The notes under the pieces: model-generated
What the model was told of the DNA's origin: nothing
Databases searched by the model: none
Seen by the model: the letters and a program-made list of their open reading frames with translations, nothing else
DNA from: Mobula hypostoma
Lineage: Eukaryota
Direction: 5' to 3'
DNA: 64,000 nt
Assembly: GCF_963921235.1 (NCBI RefSeq)
Contig: NC_086097.1
Location: forward strand, 237,090,001 to 237,154,000
Translations under genes and position numbers: made by a program
Part shown: piece by piece, positions 25,305 to 38,842 of the stretch
Layout of the letters: each line of letters opens with the position of its first letter
How positions within the stretch are numbered: position 1 is the first letter of the stretch

Positions 25305-26016
25305 TGTTAGACAGAAAGAATGACAATTGGTGAAGAGGAGTGGATTTGGCCATTTTAGCATACTGTCCTTGCAGCCGCCATTTTGAGAACAGTTCAATGA
25401 ACTAAGTCTTGCTCTGGGATAACTTAATCAGAGCAATTGAATGCGGACACAAGGAGTTTCAGCTAATGACCTGGTAAACACGAGACCATTCTCAGACAAG
25501 TAACTTATTTATTACGTGAAGTAGCAGACTTGCAGAGGGGCAAACTGTAATCTCATTAGGCTCAGAGTCTGGGACACCTAGGTTGAACCAATCAAAGTTG
25601 AAAAGAACAAAAGGCACAAGGCTGAGGCTATAGGCCTCTCACTGGTTGTAGCCCTGGACTAGAGCCAATAAGATGACCCAGGTCAGTCAGGTGACCTCGA
25701 GCCAATGAGATGAAAATGTAACGCAAATATTTAAAAGTAAGGAGCTTTGAATGCAAAGCAGCAACAACTCTCCAGAGAACAACCAGTGTGCATCTAGAGT
25801 ACCTTACAGGTGCATGAGGAATGCCAAGCTATCGTAGACTCCTTTCCCATGTATTCTCTGACTGTTCAGGGAAGGTCAGAAAACTTAGTAGTTGTGCACA
25901 TAGTTTGTGAAAATTCCCGTGCTCTTCCAGTGAGACAATAAAAATATTTATTGGCAAATACAGATTGTCTCTGTGTCTAACTGATCATTATTACTAAGTG
26001 GTAAATCCTTGTAACA
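25305..26016 (+). mobile_element. Solo LTR (ERV- or Gypsy-like)
   Basis: TGTTA...TAACA termini, 4-bp TSD GTCC on both sides, three CCAAT boxes, TATTTAAAA at 25728, AATAAA at 25937. Interrupts a CR1 endonuclease relic. Confidence 0.8.
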
Positions 26017-29000
26017 GTCCAGTCAGGTTATATAGTTAGAACACAGAAACAAGATGGAAATGGTCACTTTGATGGCACTGTATTATATAGACTCCTGGAT
26101 GGTCAACTATAATTACAGCAGCAGATGAGAAGGGTGATTGTAGATAGCTGTAAGAATGGTGGGTTAGTGTTGATGGGATAGTTTATAATTTCTCAAACTG
26201 CAACTAGAATACCCATAGATCAAAGGATTGGGCGGGGTGGAATTTGTTAACTGTGTCCACAAAACCTTCCTTAATCAATATATGGAGAGAGAGATATCTG
26301 GATCTTCTGTGAGGAAACAAGGTACAGCAATTGGCTATTGGAAAGCACTTTGCAAACAGTGACTATATTTCTTTGAGTTGTAATATAATTTTGAAGATGA
26401 TAGGACTGATTGACAGGTTAAAGGATTCAAAGTGGGACAGGATAAAGTTGTTTTAGGCATTAGGCAGAATCTTGTAGAGATTGTCTGGGCGAGACTCTTA
26501 GCAGGTAAAGGAATGTCTGGCAAGTGGGCGGCTTTTCAAAGATTCAAAGAACCTTTATTGTCAAAGTATGTATGCAGTAAACAACCCTGAGATTTGTCTT
26601 CCCCACAGACAACCATGTAACCCATTCAAAGAAAAACATCAAACACACCCTATGTGCAAAAACAAATCTTGCAAACAGCAACAAAAAAAAACGAGCAAAA
26701 ACCAAAATATAAAACGCAAAATTGAAAGAGTCCCAGCATATTCAGTTCAGTGTTCGTTATCTGCAGGCCACCTCGATTCAAAATCACCCAAAATAGCAAC
26801 AACAAAAAAATGAGTGACCAGAAACCAAGAACACATCATAAAGTGAACTACAGAGTCCAATCCACAAACCACATCGATTAAACTTTGCCCAAGTGCAATG
26901 TCAAAATATCGGAGACAGGATGTTGCTGTCAGAGTTCGGGCTAAGGGAGACTTGTTTGTCAAGAGATGTTGAGGCTCTGGTCAGGAGCCATGATGGAGCA
27001 GGATTGATGGGCCTAAATATGGTACATAGAGCTTAGAAAAATAGAGGGCTATGGGTAAGCCTAGGTAGTTCTAAGGTAAGGACATGTTCGGCACAGTTTT
27101 GTGGGCACTGTACTGTGCTGTAGGTTTTCTATGTTCTAAATTTGCTCATGTGTCTTATGGTCTTAGAAAGTAAAAAAAAAGAATTTTCAAAATCTCACTC
27201 TCATCCAGCATCAAAGTTGAAACAAGAAACCAGAAGCATCAGTGTGAGAGAGTTAACTACTCTTTATAAAGTGGAATATTTCTTCCTCACTAAAATAGTG
27301 CTAATATTTGCTTCTTGGCAAATGGACAAGTGAGAAAGGGAATATTGACTACAGCCCTGCCATTTCCAAACAGGTGTCCAAATCACAGTGAGATATGTGG
27401 AATATGTTAAAGAAAGTCTTGCACTTATACAGAAACTTTCATGAGCTCAGAATACTCTGAAACACTTCGCAATCGATGAAGTGATTTTTATACAAAGCCA
27501 AAGTGCCTTTGTAAGAAGTAAATGAATGTGAAGATTTTTTTATCTACAGTTCAGAACATTGATCCAAAGTACTTGCAAGCCACAATGGCCACTAGCATGA
27601 CTAAAAGCTTATGCCACTGATTCCACTGGAAATTCTGGGATGCAAGCTGCTTTAAGTAATTTTATCATCAATAAATCTGTGTTCCATGACGGTTAGTAGC
27701 CTCTGGAACACCAGGAGGTCAAGGCAAAGATAATGCTTTCTCCTTCCTTTGTGAATAACTTGTGCGTCGCCATGTACTTCTATTTCAAGAAGTCTCTTTA
27801 GAAATGTATATAAAATTATTTGTAAGCCTTTAGGAATGCAAGTCACAGTCTTCAGGTGAATCTTCCGATGGTTCCTCCAACATGGCATCCAAAGAAATAC
27901 AACTTATCCCAGTGGAAAATTGTTTTGCTCACTCCAGTTAACGTGCATAATTAAGAAGTTCTTATCCACCACACCTTCAGTTCCACAGTACTACATTCAT
28001 ATGTTTGTTACAGTCAGAGGATTCTTCTCTCAACCGACTATTACGGGGCCTTCTCTGCAAGACTGGAACCCAATAGATCCAAGTTTTATTTGTTCTGGTG
28101 AATTCCTGCCTAGCAGGAACAGCAGATCAGCAGAGTTACTTACATACTGAATCTACTAGCACTCTTTTAGTATAATCAGTCAGATCAATATTCAAATTCA
28201 AGGAATGTTAAATACATATTGATAAAGTAACTTATGGTCATGTTTCTCCTTCTGGTTCCCCAGAATGAGACTACATCTTTAAAACTAAAATCAAAATGGT
28301 ATATTATTTGCTGATTGTGTTCATTAGGGAAGAGATTTACAGTTATATCTCAAACACAAGAAAATCTGCAGATGCTGGAAATGCGAATCAGCACACACAA
28401 ACTGCCCTCACCCGCATCTCTTCCACTTCGCGCACGTCTGCCCGCACCCTATCCTCCCGCCGCCTCACCAGGGATAGGGACCCTCCTGTCCTCACCTACC
28501 ACCCTAGCCTCTGCGTCCAGCACAAAGTTGTCTCTGTGTGATGCATGCCAATTAATTTGTAAATTAACTTCTCCGAACATTTTACAAAGCTCAGAGCTGT
28601 GTCTGAAAGCAGTCATTTTCAGTTGAAGGTAAGGCTTTCTTGAACTCCAGCTATCCATGAGCAAAATGATTAATTATAATAGTCCCTTCCCCTCCATAGC
28701 TGCTGTCTAATCCACTGGGTTTCTCACATTACTTAATAATTTATGGTTCCTGATTAGACTTCTTGTCCTGACTCTAAGGAAAACAATATTTAATACATTT
28801 ATGCACATACTTTTAAGAAAATTAATTAATTATTCCAGAGAGCATTTAATATTGATTAATTGGAATGCTTGTGAATCTTTATCACAAACAATATGAGATG
28901 ACCCAATACAGTCTAAATGTCATCAAGCAGAAACATTAATCCTCCCTTCACAAAATCATCTGTAGAGCTTTTCCAATATGTTGCGTCTTAATTACCAAGG

Positions 29001-29240
29001 AAAAGTCACCTTGAGGGCATTTCACAATATAGATCATATTAATATTCAAACATATTTCTATTGACTGGGAGGTTGCAGGCAGAGAGATCTTCAAAGTCAG
29101 AAATACCTGAAGTTTAATGTTACAGGAAATCCTGATTCTGGTCTCTATTTCACTGCAGACACACATATTAAACTTATACCTGATAGGTGAATAATAGGTG
29201 AAAAACTAACAAGGAATTAAATCACGAGCAGGAATCTTCA

Positions 29241-29510
<270 letters not shown>

Positions 29511-30849
29511 TTACCATTGTGAATGAAACAGATGAAAACCTGAAATATATAATATATCTCAAGGATAAAAATTATTGGATCACCAGTGAACCGGCTAATA
29601 AGATGTGTAACAGCAATTCTATTGATTGGCCATTTCATTTATGGAACCTGCTCTTATTAGAATCAGAATCAGGTTTAATATCACCAGTATATGTCTTGAA
29701 ATTTGTTGTTTTTGCAGCAGCAGTACAATGCAATACATAATAATCAAAAAGGAAAATGTGAATTACAATAAGTGTGTGTGTGTATATATATCTATCTATA
29801 TATATATAATAGTTACATTAAATAAGTAGTGCAAAGATAAAGTTAAAAAATTAGTGAGGTAGTTTTCATGGGTTCAATGTCCATTCAGAAATCGGATAGC
29901 AGAGGGGGAAGAAGCTGTTCCTGAATCCTCTCCACATCCACTCTATCGCGGCCTTTCAAATTTCGATAGGTTTCAATGAGGTCCCCACCTCATTCTTCTG
30001 AATTCCAGTGAGTACAGGCCCAGAGCCATCAATTGGTCCTCATACGGTCTCCCTTTAACTTGTGGAAGCATTCGCATGAACCTCTTCTGAACCCTCTCCA
30101 GTGTCAGCACGTCTCTTCTTAGATAAGGGGCACAACACTACTCACAATACTCCAAGTGAGGGCTTACCAATGCCTTATGAAGCCTCAGCATTACATCCTT
30201 GCTTTTATATTCTAGTCCTCTCAAAATGAATGTTAACATTGCATTTCCCTTCCTCACCTGGTGCCTTCCATTTGGTTTCCTCACACTCAACCTGCAAATT
30301 AAATTCTAGGGAATCCTGCACAAGGACTCCTAAGACCCTCTGCAGCTCAGATTTTTGAATTATCTCTCCACTTAGAAGATAGTCTACACTTTTATTTTTT
30401 CTCGCAAAGTGCATGACTATACATTTTACGACACTATTCCATCTGCCACTTTTTTGCCCATTCTCCTAATCTCTGTAATTCATTTTGCAGCCTTCCTGCC
30501 CCTCCACCTATCTCCGTATCACCCATGATATATCCTTTCAATTCAACTGAAAACAGTTAGAGATAAAAAAAGGTTTAACAATAATTTTCAAATTCTTCAA
30601 AAAATTCTTTAAAACGCATTAGTTATGCATTTCTCTAAATATAATGCTGCATTCTTCAGAACTTATTCTTGTGTTTTTGCTTCTGCGAACACATCATGGA
30701 GAATGTGTACTGCTGTAATGTTTAAAAATCTGCCATTTTTAATTTCATAGCAGCAATAATGTATACTTGTGTCTAACATTGGTATGATTCCTGCATCTTT
30801 TCGTGATCAAACCAGCAATCTTTTTCAAGTCATCGGTGGTTTGTACACA

Positions 30850-31046
30850 ACACACGTAAAAGTTGCTGATGAACGCAGCAGGCCCAGGCAGCATCGCTAG
30901 GAAGAGGTACAGGCGACATTTCAGGCCGAGACCCTTCGTCCTGACGTCGACTGTACCTCTTCCTAGAGATGTTGCCTGGCCTGCTGCGTTCATCAGCAAT
31001 TTTTATGTGTGTTGCTTGAAATTCCAGCATCTGCAGATTTCCTCGT
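30850..31046. mobile_element. Foldback mini-insertion of two inverted PLE terminal repeats
   Basis: Inverted arms meet inside the hammerhead motif. 15-bp TSD GGTGGTTTGTACACA at 30835-30849 and 31047-31061. Confidence 0.85.
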
Positions 31047-31154
31047 GGTGGTTTGTACACAGTGGTTTTCAGATTGCAGTGGTCTTCAGTGAGTGGGCTT
31101 TCTTGAGTAACCCATGACTATGGATTTATTGAGTACGTATAGAAACTCTTTCGG

Positions 31155-31925
31155 TAAGATGGCAGCACAATTACATTCAGCGGCCTCTTGGGGGCCAACC
31201 AAAGGTGCTTTTTCCTTTGTTAAATGTGTTTTTATACATAGTAAGACTATTCTTGACTCCAATAACTAGGTGTACAGCAGGTCCACCACATCAGTGAGCT
31301 GCTCATTTTTAGGAGTAGCCAGCCGTCGGTTCAGAGGAGGCGAGGTGGGCTGTTGGGCCGCAGGAGGAGCTGGCTAGGTTCGGTAGAGCTGACCTGGGTG
31401 CAGACCGTGCTGCTGCCTGCTACTTGAGGGCAGTGGAGTGGGTGCTTTCAAGCTGGCACAAAGAAGGCATTAGTGAAACCGTGAGTGACTGCATTGGATG
31501 ATTCTTTTATGAGCGCAAGACCCTGTTGCACAATGACTGCCACAGGCTTGCTTCCCTTGTTTGGTGGGAAGGCAGGCAGTGAGGTAGCAGTGTTGCCTCG
31601 GTTGCAGTGAGGACTAGGCCTCAAGCCTCGGTTTTGCGTTGCAGCATGGCACCCAGGTTCAGTTCGAGGTGGCCTCTCCTGTTTGTGCTGCCCTTGAGTG
31701 TTGGAACAGTGGAATAACTGGCTGGACTACTGGGGACCATCAATTTATGGGGCGTTGCTCAGGGTCTTGGACTCAAAATGTGCTTTCTTACGTGACTACG
31801 CTCTTTGTTCTCCTTTCCCATTATTTTGAATGCACATGCATGGTTTTGCACCTTGGTCGCAGAGAAATGCTATCTCGTTCAGCCATATCCATGTACGGTT
31901 TGAATGACAATCAAACTTGATTTAA
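31155..31925 (+). mobile_element. Unclassified non-autonomous retroelement
   Basis: Starts AAGATGGC and ends tgaatgacaatcaaacttga. Related copies at ~47310-49630 (split by the PLE) and ~50476-50995 (minus). Confidence 0.5.
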
Positions 31926-31959
31926 TTTAATTTCATCTCTGGCTTCCAGCTGGGGACAG

Positions 31960-32330
31960 GTGTCAATCTTAACCGACATTTTGATAACCAACTCTGCCAC
32001 CTTCATCATGGATGATGTCTAGGCACTTCTAGTCTGGTCCTGTCATCCGTTCTTCCTGATTGGTTAATCTTCAACCAATCAGGTTTCTGCTGCCCCACCT
32101 TGTTTAAAATCATATTTCAATTCTTATTTTGAGCAAGACCTTCGTCTTTGTTAAAGTTTTTATTATCTAGTTTTATTTCAAAGGCTTCCTTCACCAAGCG
32201 GTCCCAAATGCCACAGGCACGCCACGGTAGTTTTGTGCCATCAAAGTCAATCCTATGGTCATCATGTATGCAATGTTTTGCTACCGCAGATTTCTCCAGG
32301 TAACCCAAACAGTTGGACCTCCCATGCTCC
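31960..32330 (-). mobile_element. Second Penelope-like family, 3' fragment
   Basis: EKSAVAKHC..DHRIDFD..WDRLVKEAFEIKL..NFNKDEGL (GIY-YIG C-terminus), followed by a decayed hammerhead-like motif. Confidence 0.7.
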
Positions 32331-33773
32331 AATATATGTATCCGGGTGACCGTTGGATCTTATTCAGTATCGTTAAAAGTGTACTTAGGCATCCATCCGG
32401 GTAGTGCTAGAATAGTTGTCTGTGCCTTTAAGGGAGAAGGTGATGTCATTACGCACGCATGGGATAGTGGGGAGACCATTTTGCTTTCTGCTGAAGATGT
32501 GGTAGGGCGTTGGAATTGGGTTCCTCCCAGAGTGTGCTGGGCATGGTGAGGAAAGGTGAGCATTAATTGACGATATCCGTGTGAATTTGTTTATTCTTGT
32601 TGGCGAATTGAGAAAATCAGTAGTTTGACATGTTTTACATGTGGATGCTTTAGATTTTCTCGAGTAAATGACTCAAATGCTGGACCGCGTGGCTTGGGCA
32701 AAGTTCCTCACCATCCAAGTAGGTCAGTCTTCCTGTAATTTAACTACCAGGCAATACCTTGTAAAAGTTGTGCTAAAGTGTACCTTTTGTCTAACTTTAT
32801 TGTATCAGGACTGCTTGTGCATGTAGCCGCGTAACGTGAATGTTTAGTCTCTGTTCCGAAGTTCAGCACAAGTGTACTAAAAAGTAGTAAATGTCTTAGA
32901 TGAGATGTATTCACTTACATTTTTCGCTGTTATGTATAAGATACAGGGTGGGTGGGATTCTAATGTTATTTGTATTGTGTTCCTTCAGGATTGCCACTAC
33001 CATATTAGTTCTGGTATTTTTATACTGCATACACAACTCTGCCCAGTCACAAGGGTGCGGATCGAAAATTAAACTAAGATTGTAACGGCAAGAACTGGTT
33101 GTAAATTCGTTCATTTTGTTTTGCGGCCCTCTTCTGGCACATAAACATGTAAAACAGATAAAGGAATTAAAACCCAAAAAAGTAATTGTTGTCCTGAGTG
33201 TGTAATTTTCCCCAGGCTACAAAATATATGCTGCTCCGCATTGACAGGGAATCCTGTGAATGACATCTGACCCATGTCCAGGTCATCTTTGACCCACATA
33301 AACTAGGATTACTGAGTATGCCAGCAAGACAATGAATTTCACAGTTGTGTATGGTGACATAAATGTACCTTGGTGATAAATTTGAACTTTGAAGAGTATG
33401 TTATAAAGTTAGCCTTCAATTAAGTTGTCAAATTCAGTGAGTTTTAAAGTTACTTCTTTGTAGACCTGAAGCTTTTAGCTGGAGGTTTCAGTTAAGTTCA
33501 ATTGAAGAAAACATTTGCCATGTGTTTTTGCATGAGACCTACGTGCTTGGTTATTTAGCACACGTTCCCACTGGTGGATCTGGAGGGCTGCTGATGAACC
33601 AACGTTCCAAACAAGTCAACGACCAAGGCCGACAACAATGTCTCCATGGTGAAACTCTAAATTTGTTTAAATATCATTCTGAAACTTACAATCATAGTTC
33701 ATTATTCACTTTAACAGGAATGTGCGGATTTGCGATAGCAGAAAAAGTAAGTGCAGGGACATGAGGTACTGAC

Positions 33774-33887
33774 CTTCACAAGACGGAGGAGCAGCATCCA
33801 TTTGTAAACGTTCTCCCAGTTTACAGGTAAGAATCTCATTGCCAATCAGCGTGAATCCTGGCAGACAATGGAATCTTATAAGGTCTC
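33774..33887 (-). CDS. CSMD3: CSMD3-like coding exon (second half of the Sushi domain)
   Basis: (G)DLIRFHCLPGFTLIGNEILTCKLGERLQMDAAPPSCE. Acceptor CCCCACAG, donor GTCAGT, 114 nt, phase 1-1. Confidence 0.92.
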
Positions 33888-35499
33888 CTGTGGGGTAATT
33901 AGAAGAACAATTACATTTCAAATTGTAAACTCACAGCTTCCATTTCTGCATGAGAGAAATTTTTAATTTGATCTCAACTAATGTATTGGAAATGAAGTCT
34001 ATATTGAATGCCCATGGCAATATCTATAAAAGAGGCTTCCGAATAATGCTGCTGTACGCTCAGAGGTCACTTTGTTAGGTACCTCCCATATCTCATAAGG
34101 TGGTCACTGAGAGTAATTCTCATGGTTTTCTCCTCTTGTAGCCCATCCACTTCCGGGATCAACATGTTGTATATTCAGAGGAGCTCCCCTGCACACTGCT
34201 GTTGAAACGCGTACTTAGTTCAGTCACTGCTGCCTTCCTGTCAGCTTGAACCAGTCTGGCTATTCTTCTCTGACATCTCTCATTGAAAAAAAGGCATTTT
34301 CACTCACAGAAATGCCACTCAATGGATGTTTTTTGTAGCATTCTCTGTAAAATGTAGGACTGTTGTGTGGGAAAGCCAGCAGTTTCTGATCAATGGTTTC
34401 CGCAGTTTCCATGATCAAAATCACTTCGATCACATTTCTTCCTCATTCTGATGTTTGGTCTGAATAACAACTGGTTGGACCATGTCTGTAGGCTTTTCCG
34501 CATTGAGCTGCTGTCTTATGATTGGTTGATTAGATATTTGCATTAACGAGCAGATGTACCTAATAAAGCAGCCAATGAGTGTACTGGACTCCCTTAAGAA
34601 TTGCTTACAACTAGTTGACATAATAAACGTCTGAGGGTAGATGAACTGTTTAGAGACCAAAGCCTGAAAGAACTATCAGATAGAAGAGGCAGAAGTCATG
34701 AGAGAGTGGAAGATGGGGAAGTGGAATTCAGCAAAATGGAAATGGGGTGCTGCATCATGGGATAGCTTGACAGTCCATAACACAGGATTGTAGTTCTGGG
34801 ATTTCTTTGAGGAGTGAGAAATCCAGAGCTGATTGCAAAGTCATAGAGCATTCCAGCACGGAAACAGGCCCTTCAGCCAAACTGTTATTCTACCTAGTCC
34901 CATTGACCTGCACCTGGACCATAGCCCTCCAGAGCCATAAAGTCCTTATTCTATCTCGACATACAAACTGTATGGAGGCGGGAGTACGTCATAACTGACT
35001 GATTGGTCTGATGGTGTCCAGGAGGGAATGGATGATTGTTAAGCAGAAGTAATTAGTAATGTTGGCGCCTGCTGGTGATTGGTGGGGAGCAAACTATTTA
35101 CAAGGGGGTAGAGTTGTGACTGTTAGCAAATTACTTGGCAAATTAATGGAGAAATTACTTTAATCGGAGGGTAGTAAATCTGTGGGATTTGTTGCCACGA
35201 GCGGCTGTGGAGGCCAAGTCATTGGGTGCATTTAGGGCAGAGATAGGTTCTTGATTAGCCAGGGCATCAAGGGGTATGAGGAGAAGGCAGTGAAGTGGGG
35301 ATGACGGGAAGAATTGGATCAGCCCATGATTGAATAGCGGAACAGACTCAATGGGCCAAATGACCTACTTCTGCTCCTATATCTTATGGTCATATGGCAG
35401 TCAATCTTGTTCACAAAGCAAAATTGACGGATGGAGAAAACACTCTCCCACTCTTTCTGGTCATAGGGAACATTTTAAAAACCACTGAATTCTTAGACT

Positions 35500-37290
35500 T
35501 AGACCATAAGACTATAAGACATAGGAGCAGAATTAGGTCATCTGGCCCATCGAGTCTGCTCCGCCATTCAAACATGGCTGATCCTTTTTTAACTATCTCC
35601 TCCTCAACCCCAGTTCTCGGCCTTCTCCCTGTTACCTTTGATGCCATGTCCAACCAAGAACCTATCAATCTCTGCCTTAAATACACCCAACAACCTGGCC
35701 TCCACAGCTGCATGTGGCAACAAATTCCACAAATTCACCACCCTTTGGCTCAAGAAATTTCTCTGCATCTGTTTTAAAAGGGTGCCCCTCTATCCTGAGG
35801 CTACGCCCTCTTGCCCTAGATTCTTCCACCATGGGAAACATCCTTTCCACATCTACTCTGACTAGGCCTCTAAACATTCAAAAGGTTTCAATGAGATCCC
35901 CCCTCATCCTTCTGAATTCCAGCAAGTACAGACCCAGATCTATCAAACATTCCTCATATGATAACCCTTTCACACCTGGAATCATCCTTGTGAACCTCCT
36001 CTGGACCCTCTCCAATGCCAGCACACCTTTTCTAAGTTGAGGGGCCCACAACTGTTCACAGTACTCAAGGTGATACCTCAGCAGTGCCTTATAAACCTCA
36101 GCAATACATCCTTGCTCTTGTATTCTAGACCTCTTGAAATGAATGCTAACAAGGCATTTGCCTTCCTCACCACCGACTCAGCCTAAAACCCGTGCAGACA
36201 ACATCCACAGCTCTACCTTCATTAATCGCCCTTGTCACCTTAAAAAAACTCAATCAGGGCCGGCTGGTGGTGCAACGACATCGGCGCCGGACCCGGAAGC
36301 GAAGGTTCTCAGGTTCAAAACTATTCGGGTCCGCTCCCGAGTATGCTCTCCATCCGTGCCGGGTTGAGTGTCGAGATCGCAACTCGACCTCGTAAAATAA
36401 AGGGAAAATACTGGGAAAATGTCGGTGTGAGGAGCGGCGTGCCACACAGTCGCTCTCTCTCTCTCTCTTGCTCCGCGCCTTGTAAAAGCCATGAAAAAGA
36501 CATCACAGACACACACACGGACACGCGGACACACATGCACAGATGCACACACATGCAGATGCACATGCACAGACTCGCACGCGTGCAGGCACACGCCAAA
36601 AAAAAACTCAATCAAGTTAGTAAGACACAACTTGCCCCACACAAAACCATGCTGGCTCCCTCTAATCAGGCCAGGGTTTTCTAAATGCCTTGGGATTCTC
36701 TTTAATGCTACTTTCCAAAGACTCTTCATGGCCTCTCCTGGCTTTCCTAATTCCCTTGCTATTACCTTGCTCCTGCCTGTTTTTACTGGCCCTGATATAT
36801 ATGTTCCTCTTTATCCCTCCACTTTCTGAGCTGGTGCTCTGCTTCCCTGCCAGACTAGTTTAAATCCTGCCGAGTAGCATGAGCAAATCTCCCGGCTAGG
36901 ATACTGGTTAGGTGCAACCCGTCACTCCTGTACAGGTCACCCCACCCCAGAAAAGGTTCCAATGATCGAACAGTCTGAAACCCTGCCACCTTTACCAGCT
37001 CCTCAGCCACTCATTCATCTGTACTATCATTCTATTCCTGCCTTGACTAGCACGTGACACCAGGAGTAATCCAGAGATGACTACCTTAGAAGTCCTATTC
37101 TTCAGCCTCGTTCCTAACTCCCCATACTCACCGCGCAGAACCTCTTCCCCCTTTCTACAGATGCCATTGGTGCCAACGTACAACACAACCTCTGGCTGCT
37201 CACCCTCCCTCTTGAGAATATTCTGCATCTGCTCTGAGACATCCTGGATACTAACACCCGGGAGGCAACACACCGTCCCAGCATCTCTTT
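35500..37290 (-). mobile_element. CR1 LINE pieces: ORF1 SGNH esterase fragment, RT fragments and 3' tail
   Basis: CCLPG..DVSE..VVLYVGTN..KVVISGLL..NEWLRSW (36992-37273), GLIRGSQHGFV.GKLCLTNLIEFF, tcttatgg tail at ~35500. Confidence 0.8.
36257..36599 (+). mobile_element. Young CpG-rich tRNA-derived SINE with 15-bp TSD
   Basis: GGGCCGG start, A-box-like TGGTGCAACG, B-box-like GGTTCAAAAC, CA-rich 3' part. TSD AAAAAAACTCAATCA at 36242-36256 and 36600-36614. Confidence 0.8.
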
Positions 37291-38762
37291 CGTATATTCA
37301 AACTATGTTGCTTGACGATGCAAATGGCACATATCACTGGGTGTTTCAGTGTACGTATGAAAAGTAAAGCTGGATGTTAACATCCAGCCTCCTAGATCAA
37401 AATGATCATCAGCCTCACCTCCCACTTTCAAAACAACCACCAGATGGAAACATGGTGAAATAAGATGCTATTCCAGATTTACTGCTTTCAAATTTTGATG
37501 TGACTCAAGTTGGGTTAAAATCATCTTATAGGTGTTTAATTTGGAAATATGAACTTATGCCAAAAATAAATCAACGGCAGTAATAGAATCTTATTTGAGA
37601 AACTGAGTAGGGCAGCAAAAGGAAAATACAAGGAGTGCAATGTAAATTCTGGAATCATAAAGAAATATATATATGTAGGTGTACAAGATGACAAGAGGCA
37701 TAGACCGAGTGGATAGCCAACGGCCTTTTTCCCAGCATGGAAATGGCTAATACCAGGGGGCATAATTTTAGGGTGATTGGAGGGAAGTATAGGGGGGATG
37801 CCAGCGCTAAGTTTTTTTTTACGCAGAGTGGAGGGTGCACCAAACACACTGCTAGCGGTGATGGCAGAAACAGATATATTAGGGGCATTTACGAAACTCT
37901 TAGCAAGGCACATGGATGACAGATAAATGAGGGTCTATGGATGAGAGAAAGGGTACATAGATCTTAGAGAGTTTAAAACATCAATCAGCACAACATCATG
38001 GCTGAAGTTGTGCTGTACTGTTCTAATATTCCATGTTCTATATCCCTGTTTTTAAAGGGCTCAGGATCCCGTCATCAAATCTGGACTTCAAGGTGTTCGG
38101 GACCCCTTCAACGACAAATTCTGAAATCAATGCCGAAGATCAAAGCCCCATTGCCTATCCAAAAATCCAGAAGTTGAGGGCTGATAGCTGAAGCCCTGGG
38201 TCTGCTGTCCATTGGGGAAGTCAGAGGCCTGATGTTGGTTGGCGAGTCCACGAGTTCATCGGAGGCTGGAGGTCGAGAGATGTGTTGCCCTGGGGTCGGA
38301 GGACTGTCAGTGTGGGTGGATCATAGAGAGGTAATGTGTAGAACTTTGCTGGTCTGACGAACATTATGGCCTTGAAACGCTGGTGTCGAATGCTTGTGGG
38401 CTGCCCCCAATGTATCCTCATGTTGGGTTGGTTTTTAACGCATTTCACTGCGTGTTTCGATGTATGTGTTGCAAATAAATAAATCTGAATCTGAAGGGAA
38501 ATGATGACTAAAAGTGGTAAGCAGAAATGCTGGAAAAATAATGGGACTTTTCCAAAGGAGGTTACTTGCATCAGTTTTCGGGGTGCCCCGGATGAATAAT
38601 GAGCGAAAAAAAACAAACCAATATGAAAGAGCTGGCATGAGGGGAAGTCAATACTGAATATTGAATGGTCTAGATAGAAGAGACTTATGAGGGATGCTTT
38701 CAATAGTGGGGAGTCTGGGACCAGACAGCATAGCCTCAGAATAGAAGGACGTCCCTTTAGAG

Positions 38763-38842
38763 CAGAGGTTTCCAAACTGGGGTCAACTGACCCCTTGGTT
38801 AATGGTAAGATTCCAAGACATAAAAAAGTGTAGAAAATCCTG
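38763..38842. mobile_element. hAT MITE, same family
   Basis: CAG..CTG ends and 8-bp TSD CTTTAGAG/CTTCAGAG, inside a CR1 3' end. Confidence 0.7.
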
